Shown here in pieces: positions 10,089-19,769 of a stretch of 64,000 bases of DNA. The DNA is from Minisyncoccota bacterium. GTDB taxonomy: Bacteria; Patescibacteriota; Minisyncoccia; Phycocordibacterales; Phycocordibacteraceae. Below the pieces are notes generated by a model. It searched no databases. It was given only the letters and a program-made list of their open reading frames with translations, and was not told the DNA's origin. Within the stretch, counting starts at the first letter, position 1; each line of letters begins with the position of its first letter. The stretch spans positions 91,574 to 155,573 of the forward strand of contig JBAYHD010000001.1 of assembly GCA_041666305.1 (NCBI GenBank), read 5' to 3'. Both the position numbers and the translations under genes were made by a program.

Positions 10089-11237
10089 ATGCGAACTATT
10101 CGCGACATAAAAGTTTTTGAAAATATTCCGATACTGGTGCGCGCGGCATTGAACGTGCCTATTGAAAACGGAAACGTGGTCAATGATTATCGCTTGCGCC
10201 GAGCGGTACCGACCATCGCGTATCTGCAAGCGCGAGGAGCAAAAGTAATTCTCATCAGCCACATCGGTGAACAGGGGACCGAGACGCTTGCGCCGGTTGC
10301 GGCGGCTCTCAAAGGACTCGTCCAAGGCATTTCATTTTTCCCTGAAACCGTCGGTGAGCGGGCGCGCGCCGCCATTCGCGAACTCGCGCCCGGGCAAGTC
10401 TTGATGTTGGAAAATTTACGGCGCGACAAGGGGGAAACGAGGAATGAGCCGGTATTTGCGAAAGAGCTCGCCGCACTCGCGGATGTGTTCGTGGAGGATT
10501 CTTTTGATACGTGCCATCGCTTGCACGCGTCCATCGTCGGCGTGCCCAAATTGCTCCCTTCCTATGCCGGCCTTTTGCTTGAGCAGGAAATCGAAGCCTT
10601 GTCGCAGGCGCTCACACCGAAACATCCGGCACTCGCCGTCATTGGTGGAGCGAAATTCAATACGAAGGAGGATGTTCTTTCCACCCTTCTCAAGGCATAC
10701 GACCATGTGTTCGTCGGCGGTGCGCTCGCGAATGATTTTCTCAAGGCTTCGGGGCAGGAAGTCGGGGCTTCACTCGTTTCGAATGCCGAGGAGAACGCGA
10801 TTAAAAAACTTCTCGCAAATCCAAAACTTGTGTTGCCGGTGGATTCCATTGTCATACCTTCAACTGCGGTCGGGACGATGAACGCACGCGCCGAAGCGCG
10901 CGTCGCGTCTTTGGGGCAAGTGCGCCCCAATGAAGTCATTCTCGACCACGGACCCGGCACTAACACGCTCTTGCACAATCTCGCCCATAAAGCGAAGACC
11001 ATCCTCTGGAATGGTCCTTTGGGAAATTACGAGAACGGATTTATCGACGCGACCGATTCATTCGCGCGCGCCGTTGCCTCTTCCGGTGCACACTCAGTGG
11101 TCGGTGGTGGCGACACAGTCGCTTCCATTGAGGGCCTCGGACTTCTGCCGCGCTTCTCTTTTGTCTCCACCGGCGGCGGCGCGATGCTTGATTTCCTCGC
11201 CAAAGGCACGCTTCCCGGAATTGATGCCCTCGGCTAG
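10089..11237 (+). CDS. pgk: phosphoglycerate kinase
   Basis: LENLR, GGAK, WNGPLG, GGGDT, STGGGA. Confidence 0.95.
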   Translation: MRTIRDIKVFENIPILVRAALNVPIENGNVVNDYRLRRAVPTIAYLQARGAKVILISHIGEQGTETLAPVAAALKGLVQGISFFPETVGERARAAIRELAPGQVLMLENLRRDKGETRNEPVFAKELAALADVFVEDSFDTCHRLHASIVGVPKLLPSYAGLLLEQEIEALSQALTPKHPALAVIGGAKFNTKEDVLSTLLKAYDHVFVGGALANDFLKASGQEVGASLVSNAEENAIKKLLANPKLVLPVDSIVIPSTAVGTMNARAEARVASLGQVRPNEVILDHGPGTNTLLHNLAHKAKTILWNGPLGNYENGFIDATDSFARAVASSGAHSVVGGGDTVASIEGLGLLPRFSFVSTGGGAMLDFLAKGTLPGIDALG

Positions 11238-11638
11238 CCGAGCGCCTGACGTATCTTTTCTGCGTTTTCTGACAAATTATTTTTATCTCCCTTTGCACCA
11301 TTCTTGGGGAAAACCCAAATGTGTGCGTGTGCGACTTCGTCGCCGACGATTCTCGAGAGTATCCAGTCGGTATCGAACGCCTTTTGCTGCGCTTTGGCAA
11401 TTTTTCTGACTACTTCAAAATATTCTCCGACATTCGGCACGTCCCAGACCCAGCGGTAGTGCGTCTTTGGAATAACTTGAGCATGTCCCGGAGCCTGTGG
11501 GTGAATGTCCAAAAAGGCGAGATAGTTCTCGTCTTCATATATTTTTGTCGCGGGAATCTCCCCGCTGACAATTTTGCAAAAAATACAGCCTGCCCCGTTT
11601 GAACGCGAGTCTTCGAGCTTTCTAATGGGGTCATCCAT
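11234..11638 (-). CDS. HIT family hydrolase
   Basis: CIFCKI, FLDIHP...GH, HAHIW; start MDDPIR at 11638. Confidence 0.9.
   Translation of the reverse strand: MDDPIRKLEDSRSNGAGCIFCKIVSGEIPATKIYEDENYLAFLDIHPQAPGHAQVIPKTHYRWVWDVPNVGEYFEVVRKIAKAQQKAFDTDWILSRIVGDEVAHAHIWVFPKNGAKGDKNNLSENAEKIRQALG
11592..11631 (-). repeat. palindromic element family A (ACCCCATTAGAAA...TTCwAACGGGGC), in frame in the HIT N-terminus
   Basis: Arms nearly identical to 48851-48884. Confidence 0.75.
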
Positions 11639-11651
11639 TGCGAAACAGTAT

Positions 11652-11684
11652 ACCCCGTAGTAGAGCTTTGCTTCACTACAGGGT
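11652..11684. repeat. palindromic element family B (CCCCGTAGTAGA...TTCACTACRGGG)
   Basis: Same arms as 53642-53710. Confidence 0.7.
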
Positions 11685-11700
11685 ATACAATGCTCTGCAC

Positions 11701-13461
11701 ATGTTCCCGCTCCATGATCCGCTCGATGACACAGTGCGCGCAGAACTTTCTGCATACGACGATTTAACCGCGGCGCTGCTTGCGCGCCGCGGCGTCGTGA
11801 CGAAAGAAGATGCCGAGAAATTCCTCAATCCGTCATATGACCTGCATCTGCATGACCCGCTCCTGATGACGGACATGCGGAAAGCCGCGGAGAGATTTGC
11901 GCGCGCAATTCTCTCGCAAGAAAAAATTGCGGTGTGGAGCGACTATGATTGCGATGGCATCCCCGGCGGCGTGCTTCTCCACGATTTTTTGAAAAAAGTC
12001 GAAGCGAATTTTGAGAACTACATTCCGCATCGGCATGAAGAAGGATACGGAATGAATGTCGCGGGTATAGAAAAATTAGCGAAGGGCGGCGCGAAACTTA
12101 TCGTCACCGTCGATTCTGGCATCACTGATATAGAGCCCATCGCGCGTGCAAAAGAACTTGGTATGGAGGTTATTGTCACTGATCATCACTTACCGGGAGA
12201 AAAATTGCCGGACGCATTCGCGATTCTGAATCCAAACGCACGAGAGGACGAAACATATCCGTTCAAAAGTCTGTGCGGCTCGGGCGTCGCGTGGAAGCTC
12301 GTCGTTGCAACGATACAAATTATGAAAGGCTTGCCCGGTACCAAATCAGATTTGGTACCGGGGTGGGAGAAGTGGCTCCTCGATATGGTAGGGCTCGCGA
12401 CCATCGCCGATATGGTCCCGCTTGTGGGTGAAAATCGCCTGCTCGCTACCTACGGCCTTCTCGTGATGCGAAAGTCTCCGCGCATTGGATTGCAGAAATT
12501 GCTCCGGGGTATGCGCGTGAACCAGCGAAGTATTACCGAGGACGACATTGGTTTTATGATCGCCCCGCGCGTGAACGCCGCGAGCAGAATGGGAGAAGCA
12601 CGCGACGCCTTTCAACTTTTTACGACGACCGATGAAAGCGAGGCCGATGCGCTTGCGAAGAAATTGGAAGCAGCAAACCGGCAACGAAAAGCTGCTGCGG
12701 GCGCCATCACGCGAGCAGTGCACACGCGACTCAAAGAGCGCGGGGAACCTCGCGCCATCATCGCACTCGGCGATCCGGAATGGCGACCATCATTGCTTGG
12801 GCTCGTCGCGGGCAATATTGCCGACGAATATGAGCGACCGGTGTTCCTTTGGGGAAGGGAAGGAAATATGAGTTTGAAGGGCTCATTCAGAAGCGGTGGG
12901 TTCACGCAGACGATGGAGCTTTTGCGCGCGACTGAAAACGTCTTTGCGCAGTTCGGCGGACACGCGGCCGCAGGGGGTTTCACTGTCCTTGATACTGAAG
13001 TGTTCTTCCTCGAAGACCGTTTGAATGCCACCTACGAGCAACTTGCCCCGTTAGAGCAGGACGACGACCTGTCTCTAATGGGGCGCGCCGATGCAATCAT
13101 CACCCCACTCGAAGCGACGCTCGCGTATCTGAAAAAGGTCGAGCGTCTCGCTCCCTTCGGCATGAGCAATCCCAAACCGGTGTTCTTGCTCCGCGAGGTT
13201 GCCGTGCGCGAGGTTTCCCGCTTCGGAAAAGCACAGGAACATTTGAAATTGAAGATTGAGGTAAACGATGGCAATGAGAGTATCGATGCCGTCACCTTTT
13301 TCGTCAAAGGCGCAATCGCACGCACGGCTGATGCACTCGTACGCGGCAGCCGCGCAAACCTTCTCGCGCACCTCGAACGCGACACCTTCTCCCGCGGCAA
13401 CCCGCCCCAAAGGGGCCCCTTCGGGGTCCGCCTGCGACTTTTGGATATTCGTCTAACATGA
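11701..13461 (+). CDS. recJ: single-stranded DNA exonuclease RecJ
   Basis: DYDCDG, TVDSG, TDHH, ATIADMVPL, FGGHAAAGG, PFGMSNP. Confidence 0.96.
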   Translation: MFPLHDPLDDTVRAELSAYDDLTAALLARRGVVTKEDAEKFLNPSYDLHLHDPLLMTDMRKAAERFARAILSQEKIAVWSDYDCDGIPGGVLLHDFLKKVEANFENYIPHRHEEGYGMNVAGIEKLAKGGAKLIVTVDSGITDIEPIARAKELGMEVIVTDHHLPGEKLPDAFAILNPNAREDETYPFKSLCGSGVAWKLVVATIQIMKGLPGTKSDLVPGWEKWLLDMVGLATIADMVPLVGENRLLATYGLLVMRKSPRIGLQKLLRGMRVNQRSITEDDIGFMIAPRVNAASRMGEARDAFQLFTTTDESEADALAKKLEAANRQRKAAAGAITRAVHTRLKERGEPRAIIALGDPEWRPSLLGLVAGNIADEYERPVFLWGREGNMSLKGSFRSGGFTQTMELLRATENVFAQFGGHAAAGGFTVLDTEVFFLEDRLNATYEQLAPLEQDDDLSLMGRADAIITPLEATLAYLKKVERLAPFGMSNPKPVFLLREVAVREVSRFGKAQEHLKLKIEVNDGNESIDAVTFFVKGAIARTADALVRGSRANLLAHLERDTFSRGNPPQRGPFGVRLRLLDIRLT

Positions 13462-13514
13462 AAACAGAAACCGCTCGAACAGACGCGGTTTGTTCAAGCG
13501 ATTGGCGGTGCAGT

Positions 13515-13763
13515 TCACTCTTGCCGGGATTCCGCAATGTCTGCCCCAAGTTGGGGGCGAATGCAAGCCACATTGATATGATTCCCCGGCGGCGTCCTTT
13601 CGATTAGAAAGACCCCCTCCTTCAGTAGTTCTTTGATTGCTGCAGCCATGTCGGCCTGGCAGTCATTACACATGCACCCGCGATTACCGTGTTCGGTGTA
13701 CTGTAGTTGTCTAAAGATTGTCAGCAATCTTCTGCCACAATTCTTAATGTCATTGGACTCCAT
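13515..13763 (-). CDS. orphan small protein (SD-led)
   Basis: 82 aa, AAGGAG upstream, TTGACA-N16-TACTGT promoter, hairpin at about 13465-13495. Confidence 0.6.
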   Translation of the reverse strand: MESNDIKNCGRRLLTIFRQLQYTEHGNRGCMCNDCQADMAAAIKELLKEGVFLIERTPPGNHINVACIRPQLGADIAESRQE

Positions 13764-13859
13764 CGCGCTCTCCTTTCTCGGGAAACAGTCCCGTCTGATG
13801 CAACAGTACTTCCGTAAGGAGTAATGTCAAACTCTTGCTCGCTGGGGTATAGTACCGAC

Positions 13860-14276
13860 ATGCAATTCACCATCCACGCCGACGGCGGGTCGCGAGGGAA
13901 CCCGGGACCCAGCGGCGCGGGTGCGATGATACGCGACCACTTGGGGAATTCGGTCGCGAGCGTTTCGCAATTCCTCGGTACCCGCACAAACAACTACGCC
14001 GAGTATGAGGCGGTCATTCTCGCATTTGAAACATTGGCGAAGCTCTTGAAAGGGAAGACGGGCTCGGTGGAGGTGGCCGTGAAGATGGACAGCCAGCTGG
14101 TCGTGAAGCAAATGAAAGGAGAATACAAAGTGAAGCATCCGGTGATGAAAGAACAGCAGGCGCGCCTCCTCCAAATCATCGGCGCATTCGGAAAAATATC
14201 TTTCACTCATGTGTTCCGCGAAGAAAACTCTGACGCCGACGCCCTCGCCAACGAAGCGATGGATAGGGGAGTATAG
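13860..14276 (+). CDS. rnhA: ribonuclease HI (archaeal/Ty-like type)
   Basis: ADGGSRGNPG, TNNYAEY, DSQLV, RE.NS.AD.LAN. Confidence 0.93.
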   Translation: MQFTIHADGGSRGNPGPSGAGAMIRDHLGNSVASVSQFLGTRTNNYAEYEAVILAFETLAKLLKGKTGSVEVAVKMDSQLVVKQMKGEYKVKHPVMKEQQARLLQIIGAFGKISFTHVFREENSDADALANEAMDRGV

Positions 14277-14278
14277 CC

Positions 14279-14713
14279 ATGACCGACTTCTCAAAATTTT
14301 TAGTAAAGCAGTACAAACACTGGGGCGTCTATGTGCACGAGAATCAAAACTACCTCGGTCGGTGCGTCGTCTGGTGCGATCGTGCGGACGCGAAACATCT
14401 GACTGACGCCACAGAGGCGGAGCGCGACGAGCTATTCTCGATATTGAAAGAACTTCAGAACGCTTCGGCCGCCGCCTTCGGCGGCGAGTGGTTCAATTTT
14501 GCATTTCTTGGAAATGGAACGCCTCATCTGCATTGCCATTTCGTACCGCGCTACTCCGCAGAAAAAGAATTTGAGGGGGTGCTATTCAAGGATGAGCAGT
14601 GGGGGCACAATTACCGCACCGACCACTCTTTTGTGACGCCGCCAGAAGTGCTTGAGAAAATCAGAACGAAAATGGCTGACGCCCTCGCGAACGAAGCGAT
14701 TGCTCGCAGCTAA
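14279..14713 (+). CDS. HIT family protein
   Basis: N..PHLHCHFVPRY histidine triad. Confidence 0.88.
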   Translation: MTDFSKFLVKQYKHWGVYVHENQNYLGRCVVWCDRADAKHLTDATEAERDELFSILKELQNASAAAFGGEWFNFAFLGNGTPHLHCHFVPRYSAEKEFEGVLFKDEQWGHNYRTDHSFVTPPEVLEKIRTKMADALANEAIARS

Positions 14714-14741
14714 GAATTTCATGGGGGTTGAGGAAATTTTT

Positions 14742-15539
14742 ATGGAACAAGCGGATCTGATGCGATCTGCTGCGAATTTGCTGGAGGTCAGAAAGAAAAA
14801 AATTCCTCCTCAGGTACATGAAAAGCTCACGACGGAAGATATAACAGTGCGTATCTTCAAAGGAAGATCAATCCGGCTTTACGCGGATATTCTTAATTTT
14901 CTGGCTGGTGAGATTCAAAGAGGCGATGCTTATTCGCATTATTTCTTACTACCTCATACTCGTACTCTTTTGGATATTTTTTCGCGTTTTGTGCGTCTAC
15001 AGGAATGTGACTCAGTAAAGCAAGCTTTGATTTGTATAGGATACCAACTAAAAACTTGCAGGTGGGAAATACCTCTGTACTCAAATGCCCTAAAGCTTTA
15101 TGGCCCTTTTCTCTCAGAGAAAGGCGTTTTGTTTCCGCAAGATCCTGCTCTATTTGATGAGAGGGACCACATTTGGAAGAGAGATCTTTCGTTTGGTAAA
15201 ATGAAGGATCTCCTTGAAATTCAGCGCGTTAAAGATCTTTCGATTTATACTCGGGATGTTTTTGTGGGTGGTGTGGTTGATAAAATGTATGGTCCTTTTT
15301 CAGAATTCGTGCATGGAAATCCATACCAATATACGGGAGAAAGTCACAACGAGCGTTTTTGGGTAGCCGCAACTACTATTTCGACAACCGCATATTTTAT
15401 AGAACTTATCGATAGATATACACTAGATTGGCAAAAACCAGCAGACGCTCGAATGTGGCTCGGGGCTGCCAACAAAGCTAGGCTTAAACTAATCGATTTG
15501 TGGCGTTTGCAAATTGCCAAAAGACAACAGTCCACCTGA
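14742..15539 (+). CDS. AT-rich hypothetical protein, possible DUF5677/HEPN-like
   Basis: RTLLD and Y..FSEFVHG motifs; GAGGA upstream; alternative start 14721. Confidence 0.6.
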   Translation: MEQADLMRSAANLLEVRKKKIPPQVHEKLTTEDITVRIFKGRSIRLYADILNFLAGEIQRGDAYSHYFLLPHTRTLLDIFSRFVRLQECDSVKQALICIGYQLKTCRWEIPLYSNALKLYGPFLSEKGVLFPQDPALFDERDHIWKRDLSFGKMKDLLEIQRVKDLSIYTRDVFVGGVVDKMYGPFSEFVHGNPYQYTGESHNERFWVAATTISTTAYFIELIDRYTLDWQKPADARMWLGAANKARLKLIDLWRLQIAKRQQST

Positions 15540-15543
15540 ATGC

Positions 15544-17031
15544 ATGTCTGCTCTCGTCATCATCGTTTCGGGATTTGCGAGCGGGGTGGGGGTAAGGTCA
15601 ATTTTTTTGTTTAGCTGGGAGCCAGTGGCGTTTGTGTTGATTCTTGCGGCGCTGTTTGGCGGAGCAATACTTTTTGCAGAATCGCGACGGGTGTACTCAC
15701 TCGCCGCGATGTTCTTGCTGTGCGTTGCGTTCGGGATGGTGCGTTCGGCAGTTGCCGACACTCCCGCACCGGAGGCGTTTACGCGCGACCTGAGACATCG
15801 CGTGCAATATGAGGGTGTGGTGGTGAGCGATCCTGATGTGCGCGAAAAGAATCAACGAATTGGGATTGAAGTGCAGGGCGTCGGCATGCTTGCGGTGATG
15901 CCGCTCTCAGCTGATGTAAAAGTCGGCGACCGCGTGCGCGTGTATGGCACACTCTCGCTCCCGCAAGCATTTGAGACCGACAATGGGAGAACATTCCGTT
16001 ACGATAAATATCTGCAGGCGCGCGGTATCCGCTTCTTGATCCAATTCGGTTCAATTCATACAGTGGAACCGGCTCCGTGGCATTCACTCCCTGCCGCACT
16101 TGCGCGCGTGAAGCATGCATTCCTTGATGGGCTCAACCGCGCACTGCCGAAACCTGACTCGGCGCTCGCAGGCGGCATCGTCATCGGCGGGAAGCAGGGG
16201 CTCGGTTCTGCGCTTCAAGATGCGTTCACTCGCTCGGGGCTCGTGCAAATAATCGTGCTCTCCGGCTACAACGTGATGATAGTTGCCGAGTGGGTGATGA
16301 TATTTCTCTCGCTCTTCGCACTCCCTCGCTGGCTCCGCTACGCCGCCGGCGGGGCAGGGCTCTTGCTCTTCGTCGGCATCGCCGGCATCTCTTCCACAGC
16401 CGTGCGCGCCGCTATTATGGCCGTCATCGCGCTTTATGCTCGTGCGACCGGGCGTTCTTACGCCGCGAGCCGTGCACTCCTCTTCGCCGTTCTCCTGATG
16501 CTCATTTGGAATCCTCTCTATCTCATTTTTGATCCCGGCTTCGGCCTCTCCGTCGCCGCGACGGCCGGTATCATTTGGCTCGCACCAATTATCGAATCGC
16601 GTCTCATGCGTCTCTGGCCATTCCTGCGCAACGTTCTCGCGACAACACTCGCGGCGCAAATTTCAGTGCTTCCGCTTTTGCTCTACAACATCGGCCTCTT
16701 CTCGCTCGTCGCGATACCCGCGAACCTGCTCGTCAATCCGCTTGTCCCGCTTGCGATGGCATTCGCGGCCGTTGCGGGCATCGTTGGTATGACCATCGGC
16801 TCGTTTGTTCCTCTTATCGCGACCGTTGTGGGATATCCCGCCTATCTTCTCACGCGCTATTTCATATTCATCGCAGAAAAAAGTTCCGCACTGCCATATG
16901 CAGCATTCAACTTGCCCTTATTTTCGTTCGGGCTCGTGCTCGCTGCCTACGCGATCCTTATTTATTTTGCGTCGTCAAAACGCTTTTCAACCACCGACCA
17001 ATTCAAGTTGGCGAAGAAAGCGTCAATATAA
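15544..17031 (+). CDS. comEC: ComEC/Rec2 competence channel (no C-terminal metallo-beta-lactamase domain)
   Basis: F.RSGL.QIIVLSGYNV, RAAIM, NP...FDPGFGLS..AT, PANLL. Confidence 0.92.
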   Translation: MSALVIIVSGFASGVGVRSIFLFSWEPVAFVLILAALFGGAILFAESRRVYSLAAMFLLCVAFGMVRSAVADTPAPEAFTRDLRHRVQYEGVVVSDPDVREKNQRIGIEVQGVGMLAVMPLSADVKVGDRVRVYGTLSLPQAFETDNGRTFRYDKYLQARGIRFLIQFGSIHTVEPAPWHSLPAALARVKHAFLDGLNRALPKPDSALAGGIVIGGKQGLGSALQDAFTRSGLVQIIVLSGYNVMIVAEWVMIFLSLFALPRWLRYAAGGAGLLLFVGIAGISSTAVRAAIMAVIALYARATGRSYAASRALLFAVLLMLIWNPLYLIFDPGFGLSVAATAGIIWLAPIIESRLMRLWPFLRNVLATTLAAQISVLPLLLYNIGLFSLVAIPANLLVNPLVPLAMAFAAVAGIVGMTIGSFVPLIATVVGYPAYLLTRYFIFIAEKSSALPYAAFNLPLFSFGLVLAAYAILIYFASSKRFSTTDQFKLAKKASI

Positions 17032-17561
17032 TTTTTCTTATCAGCGGGCACATAATCCACCATATAGGCGTGCTCCCAGAGGTCGAGTGCGAGCAGTATC
17101 GGCAATCCGGCGAGCTGACCGACTTCGTGATCCGCGACGAATGCCGTGTGGATGGTGTTTCCCTGCGTGTCTTTATAGACCACGACCCAGCCGATGCCGC
17201 GCGTGCTCGCGACTTCTCTAATGTGTGCCTCTAAACTTTTTTCTCCATACTTTTCTTTCACAGCATTTGAGAGTGCGCTCCCTGCCTCCAGCTCACTGCC
17301 TCCTGCCTCCAGCTGTGCGAAGTACAGCTCATGCATACGCATGCCGTCAAACTCAAATCCGAGCCGGCGACGAAGTTCCGAGATTGCGAGCTTATCGCCT
17401 TCGGTCGCCTTATCGCCATACGCCGCATAGCCCTTAAGTGTTTCCATAATAAGATTCACATTTTTCACATAGCCCTCATACAATGCGAGATGCACTTTAA
17501 TTTGTTTCTCCGACAGCCCCGAGAGGGCAGAGAGGTTGAATGTTTTTGCGGTGTAGGTCAT
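16962..17561 (-). CDS. Fe/Mn superoxide dismutase
   Basis: H..LYEGYV, HELYF, G.GW, DLWEHAYMVDY. Confidence 0.92.
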   Translation of the reverse strand: MTYTAKTFNLSALSGLSEKQIKVHLALYEGYVKNVNLIMETLKGYAAYGDKATEGDKLAISELRRRLGFEFDGMRMHELYFAQLEAGGSELEAGSALSNAVKEKYGEKSLEAHIREVASTRGIGWVVVYKDTQGNTIHTAFVADHEVGQLAGLPILLALDLWEHAYMVDYVPADKKNYIDAFFANLNWSVVEKRFDDAK

Positions 17562-17627
17562 ATGCTCAAAATGTATCACACCCGCCTCGCGGGTGTGATT
17601 AATTAAGGATTTACGAAACCCTTAATT

Positions 17628-17870
17628 TTAAATAGCTCCGGCTTTCTTGAGTGCGGCGAAAGCGCCATTCTTCTTGATGGTCTTGAGTCCCTTCACGGAG
17701 ACGTCGACGATGACGGTCTTTTTGAGCTCGGGTACGTAAATGCGGCGCTTCTGGAGATTTGCCTTGCGGCGGACTTTGCCGGTGGGGTTGTATTGCGTCG
17801 CGCGGGTGCGATTAGAGTACCGCCCGCCGATTTGCGTGCTTTTGCCAGTGATTTCACAAGCGCGTGCCAT
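17628..17870 (-). CDS. rpmB: 50S ribosomal protein L28
   Basis: MARACEITGK...ANLQKRR...VS.KGLKTI. Confidence 0.92.
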   Translation of the reverse strand: MARACEITGKSTQIGGRYSNRTRATQYNPTGKVRRKANLQKRRIYVPELKKTVIVDVSVKGLKTIKKNGAFAALKKAGAI

Positions 17871-18049
17871 AGTCCCCGCATGGTAGCATAAGAACTCAAA
17901 CCAGCAAACATGCCCGGTAGGACTAAATGGCGTCATGCCTTGTGCTCCTGACATAGATTGCCCTTCTAATACAAAACATGCACTATATCCGTATGGAAAA
18001 ATTTTATCCGTTTGGCATAAGGAGCAACGCCATTTTGTCCTAACCGGGT

Positions 18050-18685
18050 ATGGCCACTATTCTAGCCCTCGTTGTCCTTATTCTCTCCATCATCGTCCAC
18101 GAGGTGGCGCACGGCTACGCCGCCAATTCACTCGGTGACCCCACGGCGCGTCTTGCCGGCCGTCTCACTCTCAATCCCATTCCGCACATCGACCTTATGG
18201 GCTCTGTCGTTATTCCGGCACTTTTGGTGTTCACTCAATCACCGATCATGTTCGGTTGGGCAAAACCGGTGCCATACAATCCCTACAACCTCACGAATCA
18301 CCGGTGGGGCGAGGCGCTTGTCGCGCTTGCCGGCAGTGCGACGAATATCCTGCTCGCTGTTATCTTCGGACTTATCGTGCGTTTTTCTTCAACGCTCGGA
18401 CTCGACCAAACCGCGCTTTCGTTCGCCGCGACCATCGCATTCATCAATCTCTTCCTCGGCCTTTTCAACCTCATTCCGTTCCCGCCCTTGGACGGGTTCA
18501 CCGCACTTCGCTCTGTGCTTCCGTGGCATCTCGCTTCCGGCTTGAACCGTTTTGAACAAAAGGTTCGCACGATGGGGGCCCTCTCGCTCATTCTTTTTTT
18601 GCTCGCCTTCTCCTACATCTTCGCCGGACCGTTCTTCAATTTAGTGGTATGGGTTTTTGGACTTATCGCGGGTGCAGGGATATAG
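18050..18685 (+). CDS. site-2 protease (M50 family)
   Basis: HEVAH, GRLTLNP, FNLIPFPPLDG. Confidence 0.94.
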   Translation: MATILALVVLILSIIVHEVAHGYAANSLGDPTARLAGRLTLNPIPHIDLMGSVVIPALLVFTQSPIMFGWAKPVPYNPYNLTNHRWGEALVALAGSATNILLAVIFGLIVRFSSTLGLDQTALSFAATIAFINLFLGLFNLIPFPPLDGFTALRSVLPWHLASGLNRFEQKVRTMGALSLILFLLAFSYIFAGPFFNLVVWVFGLIAGAGI

Positions 18686-18692
18686 TGCGCGT

Positions 18693-18953
18693 ATGGACTT
18701 CAATAAAATACCTAAACAGTTTTGCGAGAACGTTGTCGCAGGTCATTCGCAAGAAAATTTCGTGATGCTGATGAGCGTCGGAGAAAATGCGCAAGCCTAC
18801 GCGCTCACACCCGCTCATATGAAGCGCCTCGTGCAGAGCCTCTCGCACCAAGTGGAAGAATACGAAAAGAAATTCGGCCCTATTAATGCGAAGTGGTCTC
18901 CCGGCATCGAAAGCCCGCTGCAATCCAAAGACATAAAAGGGAGCGGGGCATAG
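18693..18953 (+). CDS. DUF3467-like small protein
   Basis: F..NV...S.E.F, TPAHMKRL..SL...V..YEKKFG. Confidence 0.75.
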   Translation: MDFNKIPKQFCENVVAGHSQENFVMLMSVGENAQAYALTPAHMKRLVQSLSHQVEEYEKKFGPINAKWSPGIESPLQSKDIKGSGA

Positions 18954-18997
18954 ATATAAAACGATGAAGCGATGAAGTGGTGCTAGCTTCATCGCCT

Positions 18998-19228
18998 CTA
19001 GAACCAGTTGTCGACTGGGCCTGAACTACATTTGACGCAAAGGACCTCTGTGACCATGGTAATAATCTGGTCATTAACCCGGACGTCCTGCGTTATCTCT
19101 CGCGTGCCAAAACCAGAAACGAACAGTCCGTGGCAATTACCGCATCGCAACTTTTGCCACTCTTGCTCTTTGGCTTGTCGTTCCGCCCGCTCTAAGAGCG
19201 AAAGTGTAAAACCGGATATCCTGTCCAT
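18998..19228 (-). CDS. orphan small zinc-ribbon-like protein (SD-led)
   Basis: CGNC...CVKC; GGAGGAG upstream. Confidence 0.65.
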   Translation of the reverse strand: MDRISGFTLSLLERAERQAKEQEWQKLRCGNCHGLFVSGFGTREITQDVRVNDQIITMVTEVLCVKCSSGPVDNWF

Positions 19229-19321
19229 AGTCTCTCCTCCCAAAGATCAAACCGCACAATAGAAGTATATAACTAACACCGCACGCGCTAGTCGTTGTGC
19301 ACTACTGCTATACTGGGGGCA

Positions 19322-19768
19322 ATGGAGTATCAGGTCCCGCAGTTCATTGAGGTTGAGGACAAGATTATAGGGCCTTTGACCTTGAAACAGTTCATTTACC
19401 TCGCCGGTGCAGCCGGGCTTTGTATCGTCTTTTTCGCGTATCTGCAAATCATATTGGCGATTTTCCTTTCCCTGCCAGTGGTAGCGTTCGCCGTGGCGCT
19501 CGCTTTTTACCGGTTGAACGGAAAACCATTCATTGAAGTGCTTGAAGCGGGTTTCAATTACTACGTCGGTGCGAAATTGTTCCTCTGGAAGCATCAGGTG
19601 CCGACGGCAGGGGAAACGAGCGCCGCGGCGGCCGCAGCGGCAGCCGCGGAGAGCGCCGCCCGCGTCCCGCGCGGCACTCCAAAGCTCACGCGCGGCAAAC
19701 TTTCCGAACTCGCGTGGTCGCTTGATGTAAAACCGGTGGGAGGTTTGTCGCCGAATTCAAAATCCTGA
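19322..19768 (+). CDS. PrgI family protein (VirB3-like)
   Basis: YQVPQFIEVEDKIIGPLTLKQF with two TM helices. Confidence 0.88.
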   Translation: MEYQVPQFIEVEDKIIGPLTLKQFIYLAGAAGLCIVFFAYLQIILAIFLSLPVVAFAVALAFYRLNGKPFIEVLEAGFNYYVGAKLFLWKHQVPTAGETSAAAAAAAAAESAARVPRGTPKLTRGKLSELAWSLDVKPVGGLSPNSKS

Positions 19769-19769
19769 T

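Noticed and set aside
16962-17031. 70-bp tail-to-tail overlap of comEC and SOD
   Set aside because: Convergent overlaps are common in this compact genome (also yidC, pgk/HIT, 41207-41220); no sign of special function
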